Shown here piece after piece: positions 55,593 to 64,000 of a DNA stretch of 64,000 nt. The stretch lies in assembly GCA_964403125.1 (NCBI GenBank), contig CAYOEO010000002.1, positions 632 to 64,631 of the forward strand, read 5' to 3'. A model generated the notes under the pieces. The model ran no database searches. It saw only the letters and a list, made by a program, of their open reading frames with translations, and was not told the origin of the DNA. This DNA is from an uncultured Pseudomonadales bacterium (GTDB taxonomy: Bacteria > Pseudomonadota > Gammaproteobacteria > Pseudomonadales > UBA7239). How positions within the stretch are numbered: position 1 is the first letter of the stretch; each line of letters begins with the position of its first letter. Made by a program: the position numbers and the translations under genes.

Positions 55593-56945
55593 TTATTGAT
55601 TGTGATCAACACTATTGGAATGAATATGTTGGATAGCGGCGCGCAGCCTGCCTTCTTGCAGTTGTAAATTCAATGTCATACCGATGCGCGCTTGCCGGAT
55701 ATGAGAGAGCACTTGCCCGTCATCCGTTGTGGCAATGGCATAGCCGCGTTTCAGCGTATTGAGAGGGCTGAGATTGTCCAGCGTTGCTGCGTATTGCGAC
55801 AACGTTTGATGGCTTTGCGTGAGGTGCGAACGCATGGTGCTGAGCAATCGTGTTTGCAAACGTTCTAATTGAAAGTGCGATGTTTGTACGCGTTGCGTCG
55901 GATTGTGTTGTTGCAGGGTTTGCGCAATATAGTGGAGTCGTTGCGCGAGTTTGTTTTGTTGCGAAAGCGGAGCTTGCAGCAGTCGCCACTCTAAATGATC
56001 CAATTTTTGTTGCTGCTCACGCAGGATTTGTCCTGGATGACGCAGGCGTTTAACCAAATGTAGTAATTGTTGACGCTGTTGTGCAATCGCTTGCTGTAGT
56101 TGTTTTTGAAATAGTGAGGAGTAGTGCGATAACAGCGCAAAAAAATCGTTAATGTCAGGCGACAGCATTTCTGCCGCCGCTGAAGGAGTCGGTGCGCGCA
56201 CAGCGGCAACGAAATCACAAATCGTAAAATCGGTTTCATGCCCCACGGCGCTGACGATAGGAATTTCGCTAGAAAAAATAGCACGCGCTACGATTTCTTC
56301 GTTAAATGCCCATAAATCTTCTAATGATCCGCCGCCTCTCGCAATGATGATGGCTTCAATATCGTGTTGCGTGTTCGCGAGTTGTATGGCATTCACAATC
56401 GCCGGTGCAGCATCCGCGCCTTGTACCGGCACGGGGAAAATACTCAATAACGCGGCTGGAAAGCGGCGCTTAAAAACAGAAACAATGTCTTGAATTGCTG
56501 CGCCAGTGGGTGAAGTGATGATGGCGATGTGCTGCGGAATATCGGGCAGTACTTGTTTGAAATCCTCATCAAACAAACCCTCTGCTTCTAATTTGCTTTT
56601 GAGTTGTTCAAACGCCAATTGTAAATTGCCAGCGCCTTCTAGTTGTAGGTTTTCTATGACTAATTGATAGTCGCCACGGCCTTCATACAAACCGACGCGA
56701 CCGCGTGCAATCACTTGCATGCCGTGTTCTGGCTTGAAACGCAGCAGTGCATTCTGACCGCGAAACATGGCGCAGCGAATTTGCGCTTTGTCATCTTTGA
56801 GTGTGAAGTACCAATGACCAGAGGATGGTATGGCGAGATTGGAAATTTCTCCGCGCACCCAAACAGTAGCTAAATGCGTTTCCAGTAATTGTCGCGCGCG
56901 GCGATTTAGCTCGGTGACGTTGAAAATATGCTCCGCGCTAGTCAC
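55593..56945 (-). CDS. xseA: Exodeoxyribonuclease VII large subunit
   Basis: VRGEISN, HWYFTLKD, RGGGSLEDLWAFN, GHETDFT, PTPSAAAE, RGY. Confidence 0.97.
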   Translation of the reverse strand: MTSAEHIFNVTELNRRARQLLETHLATVWVRGEISNLAIPSSGHWYFTLKDDKAQIRCAMFRGQNALLRFKPEHGMQVIARGRVGLYEGRGDYQLVIENLQLEGAGNLQLAFEQLKSKLEAEGLFDEDFKQVLPDIPQHIAIITSPTGAAIQDIVSVFKRRFPAALLSIFPVPVQGADAAPAIVNAIQLANTQHDIEAIIIARGGGSLEDLWAFNEEIVARAIFSSEIPIVSAVGHETDFTICDFVAAVRAPTPSAAAEMLSPDINDFFALLSHYSSLFQKQLQQAIAQQRQQLLHLVKRLRHPGQILREQQQKLDHLEWRLLQAPLSQQNKLAQRLHYIAQTLQQHNPTQRVQTSHFQLERLQTRLLSTMRSHLTQSHQTLSQYAATLDNLSPLNTLKRGYAIATTDDGQVLSHIRQARIGMTLNLQLQEGRLRAAIQHIHSNSVDHNQ

Positions 56946-57158
56946 TTAAGCCTCGTGTAAAAACGTAAAACGCGGGACGGATTTTCCGTCGATCTCAATC
57001 GATTCAAAGAACATATCAAGTGGGCGTACCCACACACTGTAGTCGTCGTATAAACAGCGATACACCACCAGCGCTTCGCGTGTTTCAGAGTGGTGAGCTA
57101 TCTCCATCACGAGATAATCTTTGCCTTTGTAGTGCCGATAAACGCCGCGTTTAATCAT
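56946..57158 (-). CDS. DUF1653 domain protein
   Basis: GVYRHYKGKDY, HSETREALVVYRCLY, WVRPLDMFFE. Confidence 0.9.
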   Translation of the reverse strand: MIKRGVYRHYKGKDYLVMEIAHHSETREALVVYRCLYDDYSVWVRPLDMFFESIEIDGKSVPRFTFLHEA

Positions 57159-58239
57159 GAGTATTTGTCGTAGAAGTGGAGGTGGGTAATTGCGGCGCTA
57201 ATTTGTCGTCTATCAATACGGCAGCTAATTGAAAACCTTTGTAGCCCCAATGCGTGTCATTGGGCAAGTAAACATCTTGATCGCCAGATGCAATCAATGT
57301 GCGGATAGCTGGCAGCATATTGATGCCTTCTTTGGTGAGTGTGTTGATGTGCAAGCGATCAATTAAAGAGGGTAATTGGCGAATTTTTTGATCAGCCAGA
57401 TAAGGTTGATATGCCGTGGTTTTATCCGGTAGCGTGAGAATTACAAAAGATATTTTTGCGGCAGTAAAAGTTTGCGCTATGGCTTGTAATGTACAGCGTA
57501 CAGTAGTGAGATTTGCCTTATCGATGCTGTCATACAGCAAAAAATCTTTACTGAGGGACAGTAGTTTGTTGCTGCGAGTGCTGCTAAAAAGCTGATCAGA
57601 TGTTAGTGATAAAACTTTTGCTTTGCGTTTTTTTGGCTTTAGCAGTGCGTTAAAGTTGAGCTTAAAAATATGAAATCCTTCAGAAATGTTATTGCCAGAA
57701 GTTGGCCATAGCTTGCGTTGTTGCAGAGGAAAATTAGGAAGTTGTGCAATACGTGTATGAAGTGCATCAGCATTGGCTTGTGCGTCGTTTACAGCGGTAG
57801 GCAACTGACAGTGTTCAGTGGGTTTGGTAAATGTGGTGGCTTTGCCGTACATATCAGGAATAGCGCGTTCACCTGTTTCAATCACGATGGCATCCGGTTT
57901 TTTATCGCCGGTGAGTGACAGAATATCAGTTAAGGTTGTTTTGCCGCTGTGAATAAAAGAAAAAGTGTATTTGTTACTGAGTAGCGACTGCCAGTGCCCA
58001 GCTTCAGAAAAAGAATCACCGATAACAAGAATGTGCGCTTTGCCGGTTTGGCGTGATGAATTAACAATGGGAGGTATTTCTTGCTGCGGTGCGTTCCAGC
58101 CAAACCAACGCTCTGGATATCCGCTGATGCGAGTGAGATCGCCGGTGATGGGTTGGGACCACAGCATAATGGCAGCGCTGATGCTGACCACCAAAAAAAC
58201 TAAAGCTAAAAAAATCGCGTTATAAGTTTTCATCATCAA
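57151..58239 (-). CDS. SGNH/AlgJ-AlgX-like periplasmic O-acyltransferase partner, copy 1
   Basis: N-terminal TM, GDLTR, GDSFS, VIETGER, PNDTHW; coupled to MBOAT gene. Confidence 0.75.
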   Translation of the reverse strand: MMMKTYNAIFLALVFLVVSISAAIMLWSQPITGDLTRISGYPERWFGWNAPQQEIPPIVNSSRQTGKAHILVIGDSFSEAGHWQSLLSNKYTFSFIHSGKTTLTDILSLTGDKKPDAIVIETGERAIPDMYGKATTFTKPTEHCQLPTAVNDAQANADALHTRIAQLPNFPLQQRKLWPTSGNNISEGFHIFKLNFNALLKPKKRKAKVLSLTSDQLFSSTRSNKLLSLSKDFLLYDSIDKANLTTVRCTLQAIAQTFTAAKISFVILTLPDKTTAYQPYLADQKIRQLPSLIDRLHINTLTKEGINMLPAIRTLIASGDQDVYLPNDTHWGYKGFQLAAVLIDDKLAPQLPTSTSTTNTHD

Positions 58240-59729
58240 AATTGAAAATAAAGAAATTCGCTGACTTGACCGATATTGACGATGCTAATTGCCAAAGCAA
58301 GACCGCCAATCACAGCGAGCATAGGGCTAGGTCGCCATTGCCAGCGCGTTTGGCTGTCTACGGTATCGGATGTCGGTTGAAAACGATTCATGATTTCTTG
58401 TGTGTTGGGTGCAAATAACGCGAATAGAGCAACCCACAGCACAAGATTCCAGCCGTCATCGGCGTGACCAACAATGTCAGAGAGTGGTTGATGATTGCTG
58501 GAGGCGATACCGACCATGGCTTTCAAAATCAAAACAGCATCATGCATGGAAGTAGCACGGAAAATAACCATCGTGACGGTGACGGCAAGCATGGTAAAAA
58601 ACCATCCCAACAAGGTGCGAATGCGTGAAGCCCAGAGATTATTTTCTGTACGTGATAGAGGAAAAACTTCACGAAATAAATGGTTCATCACCAAGAAAAT
58701 GCCGTGCAATCCACCCCAAATCACAAAAGTCCAACCGGCGCCGTGCCATAAGCCGCCGAGTAGCATCGTCAACATCATGTTGATATAACGGCGTGTTTTG
58801 CCGAGGCGATTACCGCCAAGCGCAAAGTACAAATATTGGCGCAGAAATTGTGAGAGTGTGATGTGCCAGCGATTCCAAAAATCAATCATGCTGGTCGATT
58901 TGTACGGCGAATTGAAGTTGAGTGGCAATTTGATGCCGAACAGGCGCGACAAGCCAATCGCCATATCTGAATAAGCAGAAAAATCAAAATACAGTTGCAA
59001 GGTGTAGGACAGGCAGCCCAGCCATGCATCCTGCCATGACAATGCGCCAGTGTGTTTACTCACCGCAAATACGGGGTTGGCATATTCAGGAAATGCGTCT
59101 GCAATGATGACTTTTTTGAACATGCCGATAGCAAAAATAGTCAGACCAACGGCAATATTTTCTTGGCTGATGCGATACGTTTCTTTGCGTGCAAACTGAG
59201 GCATCATTTGTTTGTGATGCAAGATGGGACCGGCAATCAAGTGCGGGAAGTAAGTGATAAACAATAAGTAATGAATGGGATTGCGCTCTTTCACAATGCC
59301 TTTGTGGCAATCTGCTAAATAAGCAATTTGTGTGAACGTAAAAAAGGAAATGCCCAGTGGCAGGATGATGTTGGGAAAAGAGATATTGGATCCTGTGAGC
59401 GCGACCCAGTTATCTAAAAAGAAGTTGGTGTACTTATAGTGTCCGAGTAAACCAAGATCAAACACCAAACCTGCGATAAACCAAATTTTTGCGCGGTGCA
59501 GTAATTGCTTCTCAAAATTGTTGCTAATTTGTTTGCCGATTTGATAGTTGACAGTGACAGAGAGTAGCAGCAGCGGCACATAAGAAATATCCCAATAGCC
59601 GTAAAAAAATAATGAGCTCAGCGCCAGCCAGAGCGCGGCAGCTTCTTGGCGGAAACGCGCAGCAATAAAAAAGCCAGCTAAGGCAAGCGGCAGATAGAGC
59701 CAAATAAAAACATAGGAATTAAATAGCAT
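58236..59729 (-). CDS. MBOAT family O-acyltransferase (AlgI/DltB/PatA-like), copy 1
   Basis: MLFNS, LPLGISFFTF, GPI, YFDFSAYSDMAIG, NFNSPY, FWNRWHITLS, GLWHGA. Confidence 0.95.
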   Translation of the reverse strand: MLFNSYVFIWLYLPLALAGFFIAARFRQEAAALWLALSSLFFYGYWDISYVPLLLLSVTVNYQIGKQISNNFEKQLLHRAKIWFIAGLVFDLGLLGHYKYTNFFLDNWVALTGSNISFPNIILPLGISFFTFTQIAYLADCHKGIVKERNPIHYLLFITYFPHLIAGPILHHKQMMPQFARKETYRISQENIAVGLTIFAIGMFKKVIIADAFPEYANPVFAVSKHTGALSWQDAWLGCLSYTLQLYFDFSAYSDMAIGLSRLFGIKLPLNFNSPYKSTSMIDFWNRWHITLSQFLRQYLYFALGGNRLGKTRRYINMMLTMLLGGLWHGAGWTFVIWGGLHGIFLVMNHLFREVFPLSRTENNLWASRIRTLLGWFFTMLAVTVTMVIFRATSMHDAVLILKAMVGIASSNHQPLSDIVGHADDGWNLVLWVALFALFAPNTQEIMNRFQPTSDTVDSQTRWQWRPSPMLAVIGGLALAISIVNIGQVSEFLYFQF

Positions 59730-60785
59730 TTATGGCTGCTCCGCCTGCCATTGTGGTTGTAGAGCCGCTTCGATTTTTTGCGCGGCGAGATAAAAGCCCT
59801 TGTAGCCCCAATGTGTGTCATTGGGTAGGTAGAAGTCGATTTCATTTTGTGCCAAAGCAGTGCGGATATCCGGTAGTAAATCCAAAGTGTGCGGGATGCC
59901 AAGATGGCTCAGCAGTTGTGTAATAACCGAGTTTTTATTGCGCACTGCTGTATTGACAATATAGGGTTGATAGGCTGTTGTTTTGTCGGGCACGATCATA
60001 AACACATAAGGTTTTTTGAGCTGTTCCAGTGCATGAGCCATGGTGCGCATAGAGCACTGCATAGACGGTATAGCTTTGTCGGGCAGCGGCGGTAATAGTA
60101 AGAGATCACTTTTGAGTGTGAGTAGTTTGCCGTGTTTTATATCGCTAAACAGTTGATCGTTGGTAAGGTCGAATAATTTAGCCTGTTGTTTTTTGGGTTT
60201 GATAGCAAAAAATGCGTGTTGTTTGACTAAATAGAAACCTTGAGAAATTTCTTTGGCAGAGCTGGGAAACGTTTTACGGTTGTATATAGGGTATGAAAGT
60301 GTGATGGGATGATTGAGTGTTGCGCTTGTTGCTTGTGTATCCGATATGGAGTCACAGTTTTTAGCGGTATTTCCCATAAACTCAGACGTGTCGCCAAACA
60401 TGGCGTAGGAGAATCGCTCAACACTTTCGATCACTACGCCATCTGGATTTTCTTGGCGAATTTTATCAAGAATTTTGTGATAGCTGGTGTTGCGTGTGTG
60501 CACAAAGGTAAAGCTGTAACGATCATCCAAATAAGCCTGCCAGTGTCCAATCTCTGAAAAAGAATCGCCTAGCACTAATAAATGTTTTTTGAATGCGCTG
60601 CGCGGCGAGTTGGAAAGGTCGGGAATTTTTTGCTGCGGCGCATTCCAGCCGTACCAGCGCTCTGGGTGCGCGCCGATACGCGTTAAATCACCGCTCAGGG
60701 GTTGCGCCCAGATAATCAAACCGGCACAAGAACCGACCAAAAGGCAGACAAAAATAATGACGATGCTGTTATAGGTTTTCATCAT
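59730..60785 (-). CDS. SGNH/AlgJ-AlgX-like periplasmic O-acyltransferase partner, copy 2
   Basis: N-terminal TM, GDLTR, GDSFS, VIESVER, PNDTHW. Confidence 0.75.
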   Translation of the reverse strand: MMKTYNSIVIIFVCLLVGSCAGLIIWAQPLSGDLTRIGAHPERWYGWNAPQQKIPDLSNSPRSAFKKHLLVLGDSFSEIGHWQAYLDDRYSFTFVHTRNTSYHKILDKIRQENPDGVVIESVERFSYAMFGDTSEFMGNTAKNCDSISDTQATSATLNHPITLSYPIYNRKTFPSSAKEISQGFYLVKQHAFFAIKPKKQQAKLFDLTNDQLFSDIKHGKLLTLKSDLLLLPPLPDKAIPSMQCSMRTMAHALEQLKKPYVFMIVPDKTTAYQPYIVNTAVRNKNSVITQLLSHLGIPHTLDLLPDIRTALAQNEIDFYLPNDTHWGYKGFYLAAQKIEAALQPQWQAEQP

Positions 60786-60787
60786 CG

Positions 60788-62281
60788 TTAAAACTGAAAG
60801 TAAAGAAATTCACTGACCTGACCGATATTCACAATGCTATAGCTCAGTACAACAGCAGTGAGCAACGCCAGCAGCGGGTGAGGTCGCCATTGCCAGCGGG
60901 TATTGTTAGGCGTGGCATCGGATGCGGGTTGAAATTTACTCATGATTTCTTGCGTGTTAGGTGCAAACAGTGCAATCAGGCCTGCGAGCCACACATAGTT
61001 CCAGCCGTCGTCGGCGTGCTCAAGAATGGGAATAACCACGTCGCCATTTGCAGCAGTGAGTGTGCCCGTCATGGCGTGCAAAATAACAAATGCATCTTGA
61101 ATCGTACTCGCTCGAAAAACGACAAACGCAGCTACTACGCAGAGTGTTGTGAGCAGCCAACTTAACGCTGTACGTATACGAGCAGCGGGCGATGCCGTGT
61201 TGGTGGGTGCGGGGAAGAACTCGCGAAACATATGATTGATGGTGAGATAAATGCCGTGCATTGCACCCCAGATGACAAAAGTCCAGCCTGCGCCGTGCCA
61301 CAGACCGCCAAGCAGCATCGTCGCCATTAAATTGATGTAACGCCGTGTTTTTCCTAAACGGTTGCCGCCTAAAGCAATGTATAGATAGTCGCGCAAAAAT
61401 TGTGACAGCGTCATGTGCCAGCGGCGCCAAAAATCAATGATGTTGGTGGATTTGTAGGGCGAATTAAAATTGAGTGGCAACTTGATACCGAATAAACGCG
61501 AGAGCCCAATTGCCATGTCGGAGTAGCCAGAAAAATCAAAATACAGTTGTAAGCAATACGCCAACGCACCCAACCATGCTTCTTCGGTGGAGAGCAACCC
61601 CGGATGTTTACTGACAGCGAATATTGGATTGACAAAACTGGCTAATGGATCGGCAATCGCCATTTTTTTGAACATGCCGATGGCAAAAATGGTGAGTCCT
61701 ACTGAAATGTTTTCTTGGCTGAGGCGGTACGTTTCTGCGCGTGCAAATTGCGGCATCATTTGTTTGTGATGCAAGATTGGGCCGGCAATCAAATGTGGAA
61801 AGTAAGTGATAAATAATAAGTAGTGAATCGGGTTTCTTTCTTTCACAATGCCTTTGTGACAGTCTGCTAAATAGGCAATTTGAGTGAACGTAAAAAATGA
61901 AATACCGAGTGGCAGGATAATATTCGGCAAAGATAAATTAGAGCCGGTGAGTGCGATCCAGTTATCCAAAAAGAAATTGGTGTACTTGTAGTGCGCTAGC
62001 AAACCGAGATCAAACACTAAGCCGGCGACAAACCAAATTTTTGCGCGGTGCAGTAATTGTTTTTCAATATGGCTGCTGACTTGTTTGCCAATTTGATAGT
62101 TGACAGTGACAGAGAGCAACAGCAGCGGTACATAAGAAATATCCCAGTAACCGTAAAAAAATAGCGAGCTCAGTGCTAGCCACAGTGCTGCCGCTTCTTG
62201 GCGGAAACGCGCAGCAAGAAAAAAACCTGCCAGTACCACTGGCAGGAACAGCCAAATAAATTGATACGAATTGAACAGCAT
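60788..62281 (-). CDS. MBOAT family O-acyltransferase (AlgI/DltB/PatA-like), copy 2
   Basis: Same motifs and same 497-aa length as copy 1; GLWHGA. Confidence 0.95.
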   Translation of the reverse strand: MLFNSYQFIWLFLPVVLAGFFLAARFRQEAAALWLALSSLFFYGYWDISYVPLLLLSVTVNYQIGKQVSSHIEKQLLHRAKIWFVAGLVFDLGLLAHYKYTNFFLDNWIALTGSNLSLPNIILPLGISFFTFTQIAYLADCHKGIVKERNPIHYLLFITYFPHLIAGPILHHKQMMPQFARAETYRLSQENISVGLTIFAIGMFKKMAIADPLASFVNPIFAVSKHPGLLSTEEAWLGALAYCLQLYFDFSGYSDMAIGLSRLFGIKLPLNFNSPYKSTNIIDFWRRWHMTLSQFLRDYLYIALGGNRLGKTRRYINLMATMLLGGLWHGAGWTFVIWGAMHGIYLTINHMFREFFPAPTNTASPAARIRTALSWLLTTLCVVAAFVVFRASTIQDAFVILHAMTGTLTAANGDVVIPILEHADDGWNYVWLAGLIALFAPNTQEIMSKFQPASDATPNNTRWQWRPHPLLALLTAVVLSYSIVNIGQVSEFLYFQF

Positions 62282-62287
62282 GCAGCG

Positions 62288-63805
62288 TTAAACAACCTGC
62301 AAGTGTTCGGTGCGAATTTTTTGTTCCCAGATTTGTGGGCCAGTGTTGTGAATCGAAATGCCATTGACATCGACGGCAACCGTCACAGGCATGTCTTTCA
62401 CTTCAAATTCGTAAATCGCTTCCATGCCCAATTCGGGGAATGCCAACACTTTGGCGGCAGTGATGGCTTTGGACACGAGATACGCTGCGCCGCCCACCGC
62501 CATTAAATACACTGCTTTGTTGTCTTTGATGGCTTCAATCGCAGTTGGGCCGCGCTCAGATTTGCCAATCATGCCGATTAAGCCTGTTTTCTCCAGCATG
62601 GTGCGCGTGAATTTATCCATGCGTGTGGCGGTGGTTGGACCAGCGGGACCGACGACTTCGTCGCGCACAGGATCAACAGGGCCCACATAGTAGATAAAGC
62701 GATTGGTGAGATCGACGGGTAGCTCTTCGCCTTTTGCCATCATGTCGATCATTTTTTTGTGTGCAGCATCGCGACCAGTGAGCATTTTGCCGGAGAGCAG
62801 TAGCGTGTCGCCGGATTTCCATTCCGCGATGTCGGCTTTAGTGAGATTGTCGAGATTCACGCGGCGCGAGTTGCCCGTTTCCCAAGCGATTTCTGGCCAT
62901 TCTTCGAGCGCGGGCGGTGTTTGCAGCGAAGGCCCCGATCCATCTAAAACAAAGTGGGCGTGGCGTGTGGCGGCGCAGTTGGGAATCATGCATACAGGCA
63001 GCGAAGCTGCGTGCGTGGGGTAGTCTTTGATTTTGACATCCAACACGGTGGTCAAACCGCCGAGCCCTTGCGCGCCGATGCCGAGCTGGTTCACTTTCTC
63101 AAACAACTCCAAACGCAATTCTTCGATTCGATTTTGTGGCCCACGCGCCATTAAATCGTAAATATCGATTTCATCCATCAACACTTCTTTCGCTAATACA
63201 GCCGCTTTTTCTGCTGTGCCGCCAATGCCGATACCGAGCATCCCAGGCGGACACCAGCCTGCGCCCATGGTCGGCAGTGTCTTCAGCACCCAATCCACGA
63301 TGGAGTCGGACGGATTCAGCATCACCATTTTGGATTTGTTTTCCGAGCCGCCACCTTTGGCTGCCACATCCACCTCGACGGTGTTGCCTGGGACAACTTG
63401 GTAATGGATCACCGCCGGCGTGTTGTCCTTGGTGTTTTGGCGCTTGCCAGCAGGGTCAGCCAAAATAGAGGCACGCAAAATGTTGTCGGGTTGCAAATAA
63501 GCGCGGCGCACGCCTTCGTTGATCATGTCATCCACGCTCATGGTCGCGCCATCCCAGCGCACATCCATGCCGATTTTGATGAACACTGTCACGATGCCGG
63601 TGTCTTGGCAGATAGGACGATGCCCTGTGGCACACATGCGCGAGTTGATCAAAATTTGCGCGATAGCGTCTTTGGCAGCGGGATTTTGCTCGCGATCGTA
63701 GGCTTTATGCATCGCCTGTATGAAATCTACAGGGTGAAAGTAGGAGATAAATTGCAGGGCATCGGCGACGCTGGCGATCAAGTCGTCTTGGCGAATAACA
63801 GTCAT
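62288..63805 (-). CDS. Class I (Fe-S) fumarate hydratase
   Basis: [37 protein letters not shown]. Confidence 0.95.
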   Translation of the reverse strand: MTVIRQDDLIASVADALQFISYFHPVDFIQAMHKAYDREQNPAAKDAIAQILINSRMCATGHRPICQDTGIVTVFIKIGMDVRWDGATMSVDDMINEGVRRAYLQPDNILRASILADPAGKRQNTKDNTPAVIHYQVVPGNTVEVDVAAKGGGSENKSKMVMLNPSDSIVDWVLKTLPTMGAGWCPPGMLGIGIGGTAEKAAVLAKEVLMDEIDIYDLMARGPQNRIEELRLELFEKVNQLGIGAQGLGGLTTVLDVKIKDYPTHAASLPVCMIPNCAATRHAHFVLDGSGPSLQTPPALEEWPEIAWETGNSRRVNLDNLTKADIAEWKSGDTLLLSGKMLTGRDAAHKKMIDMMAKGEELPVDLTNRFIYYVGPVDPVRDEVVGPAGPTTATRMDKFTRTMLEKTGLIGMIGKSERGPTAIEAIKDNKAVYLMAVGGAAYLVSKAITAAKVLAFPELGMEAIYEFEVKDMPVTVAVDVNGISIHNTGPQIWEQKIRTEHLQVV

Positions 63806-63903
63806 GGCAAACTCCGTGGATAGTGCTAAAACGAGGCGCTTATTCTAGCAGTAGGCGCGTATATAATGCCGACCTTTCGTTTTCGACCGATAGGGAAGGC
63901 TGC

Positions 63904-64000
63904 ATGATCATCCAACCAAAAGTTCGCGGTTTTATTTGCACCAATGCGCATCCCAAGGGTTGTGCCGCCAATGTGCGCCAGCAAATTGATTATGTGCGCC
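63904..64000 (+). CDS. fabV: Enoyl-ACP reductase FabV / trans-2-enoyl-CoA reductase (5' part, runs off window)
   Basis: [32 protein letters not shown] after GGGAAGG RBS. Confidence 0.9.
   Translation, partial: MIIQPKVRGFICTNAHPKGCAANVRQQIDYVR

Larger units (their letters stand above)
57151..62281 (-). repeat. Tandem duplication of a ~2.55-kb MBOAT+SGNH unit
   Basis: Both MBOAT start and stop are offset by exactly 2552 bp; long near-identical stretches (e.g. 59521-59670 vs 62073-62222). Confidence 0.9.

Noticed and set aside
57151-62281. An alginate or Dlt operon
   Set aside because: No alg8/alg44/algD/algF or dltA/dltC in the window; family similarity only

Overview
A 64-kb chromosomal segment of a Gammaproteobacterium, probably Pseudomonadales/Cellvibrionales-like (inferred from synteny and protein types; about 50% GC by eye). 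The housekeeping backbone is atpH(partial)AGDC-glmU-glmS, thiS-thiG-trmB, tex, parE, epmC-pdxB-zapE, pyrG-kdsA-eno-ftsB-ispD-ispF-truD-pcm-nlpD, guaB-guaA, xseA, a class I fumarase and the start of fabV. Three accessory blocks stand out. (1) 10.8-16.8 kb: a CoA-dependent operon built around a catalytically stripped HMG-CoA-synthase-like protein fused to a DUF35 Zn-ribbon/OB domain and a Cys-retaining SCP2-type thiolase (PhlABC/archaeal thiolase-HMGS-DUF35-like architecture). It also has an orphan acyl-CoA dehydrogenase subunit and a crotonase lacking both catalytic glutamates. (2) 38-50 kb: a likely hydrophobic-substrate uptake and sensing locus (MFS, YCF48-like propeller, MMPL/RND, GMC oxidoreductase, a CrbS-like kinase with STAC domain but no SLC5 transporter, a LuxR regulator, and a codon-mosaic DUF1302 outer-membrane protein). 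(3) 54-62 kb: an O-acylation island (acyltransferase-3 plus a tandemly duplicated MBOAT+SGNH pair) with no polysaccharide synthase nearby. Smaller items are a nested IS3/IS30 scar after parE, absence of surE and rpoS from their usual positions, a mirror-symmetric six-Cys secreted mini-protein, and a 41-aa membrane protein missed by the ORF track. No rRNA, tRNA or CRISPR array was seen. No database searches were run; family assignments come from motif recognition.
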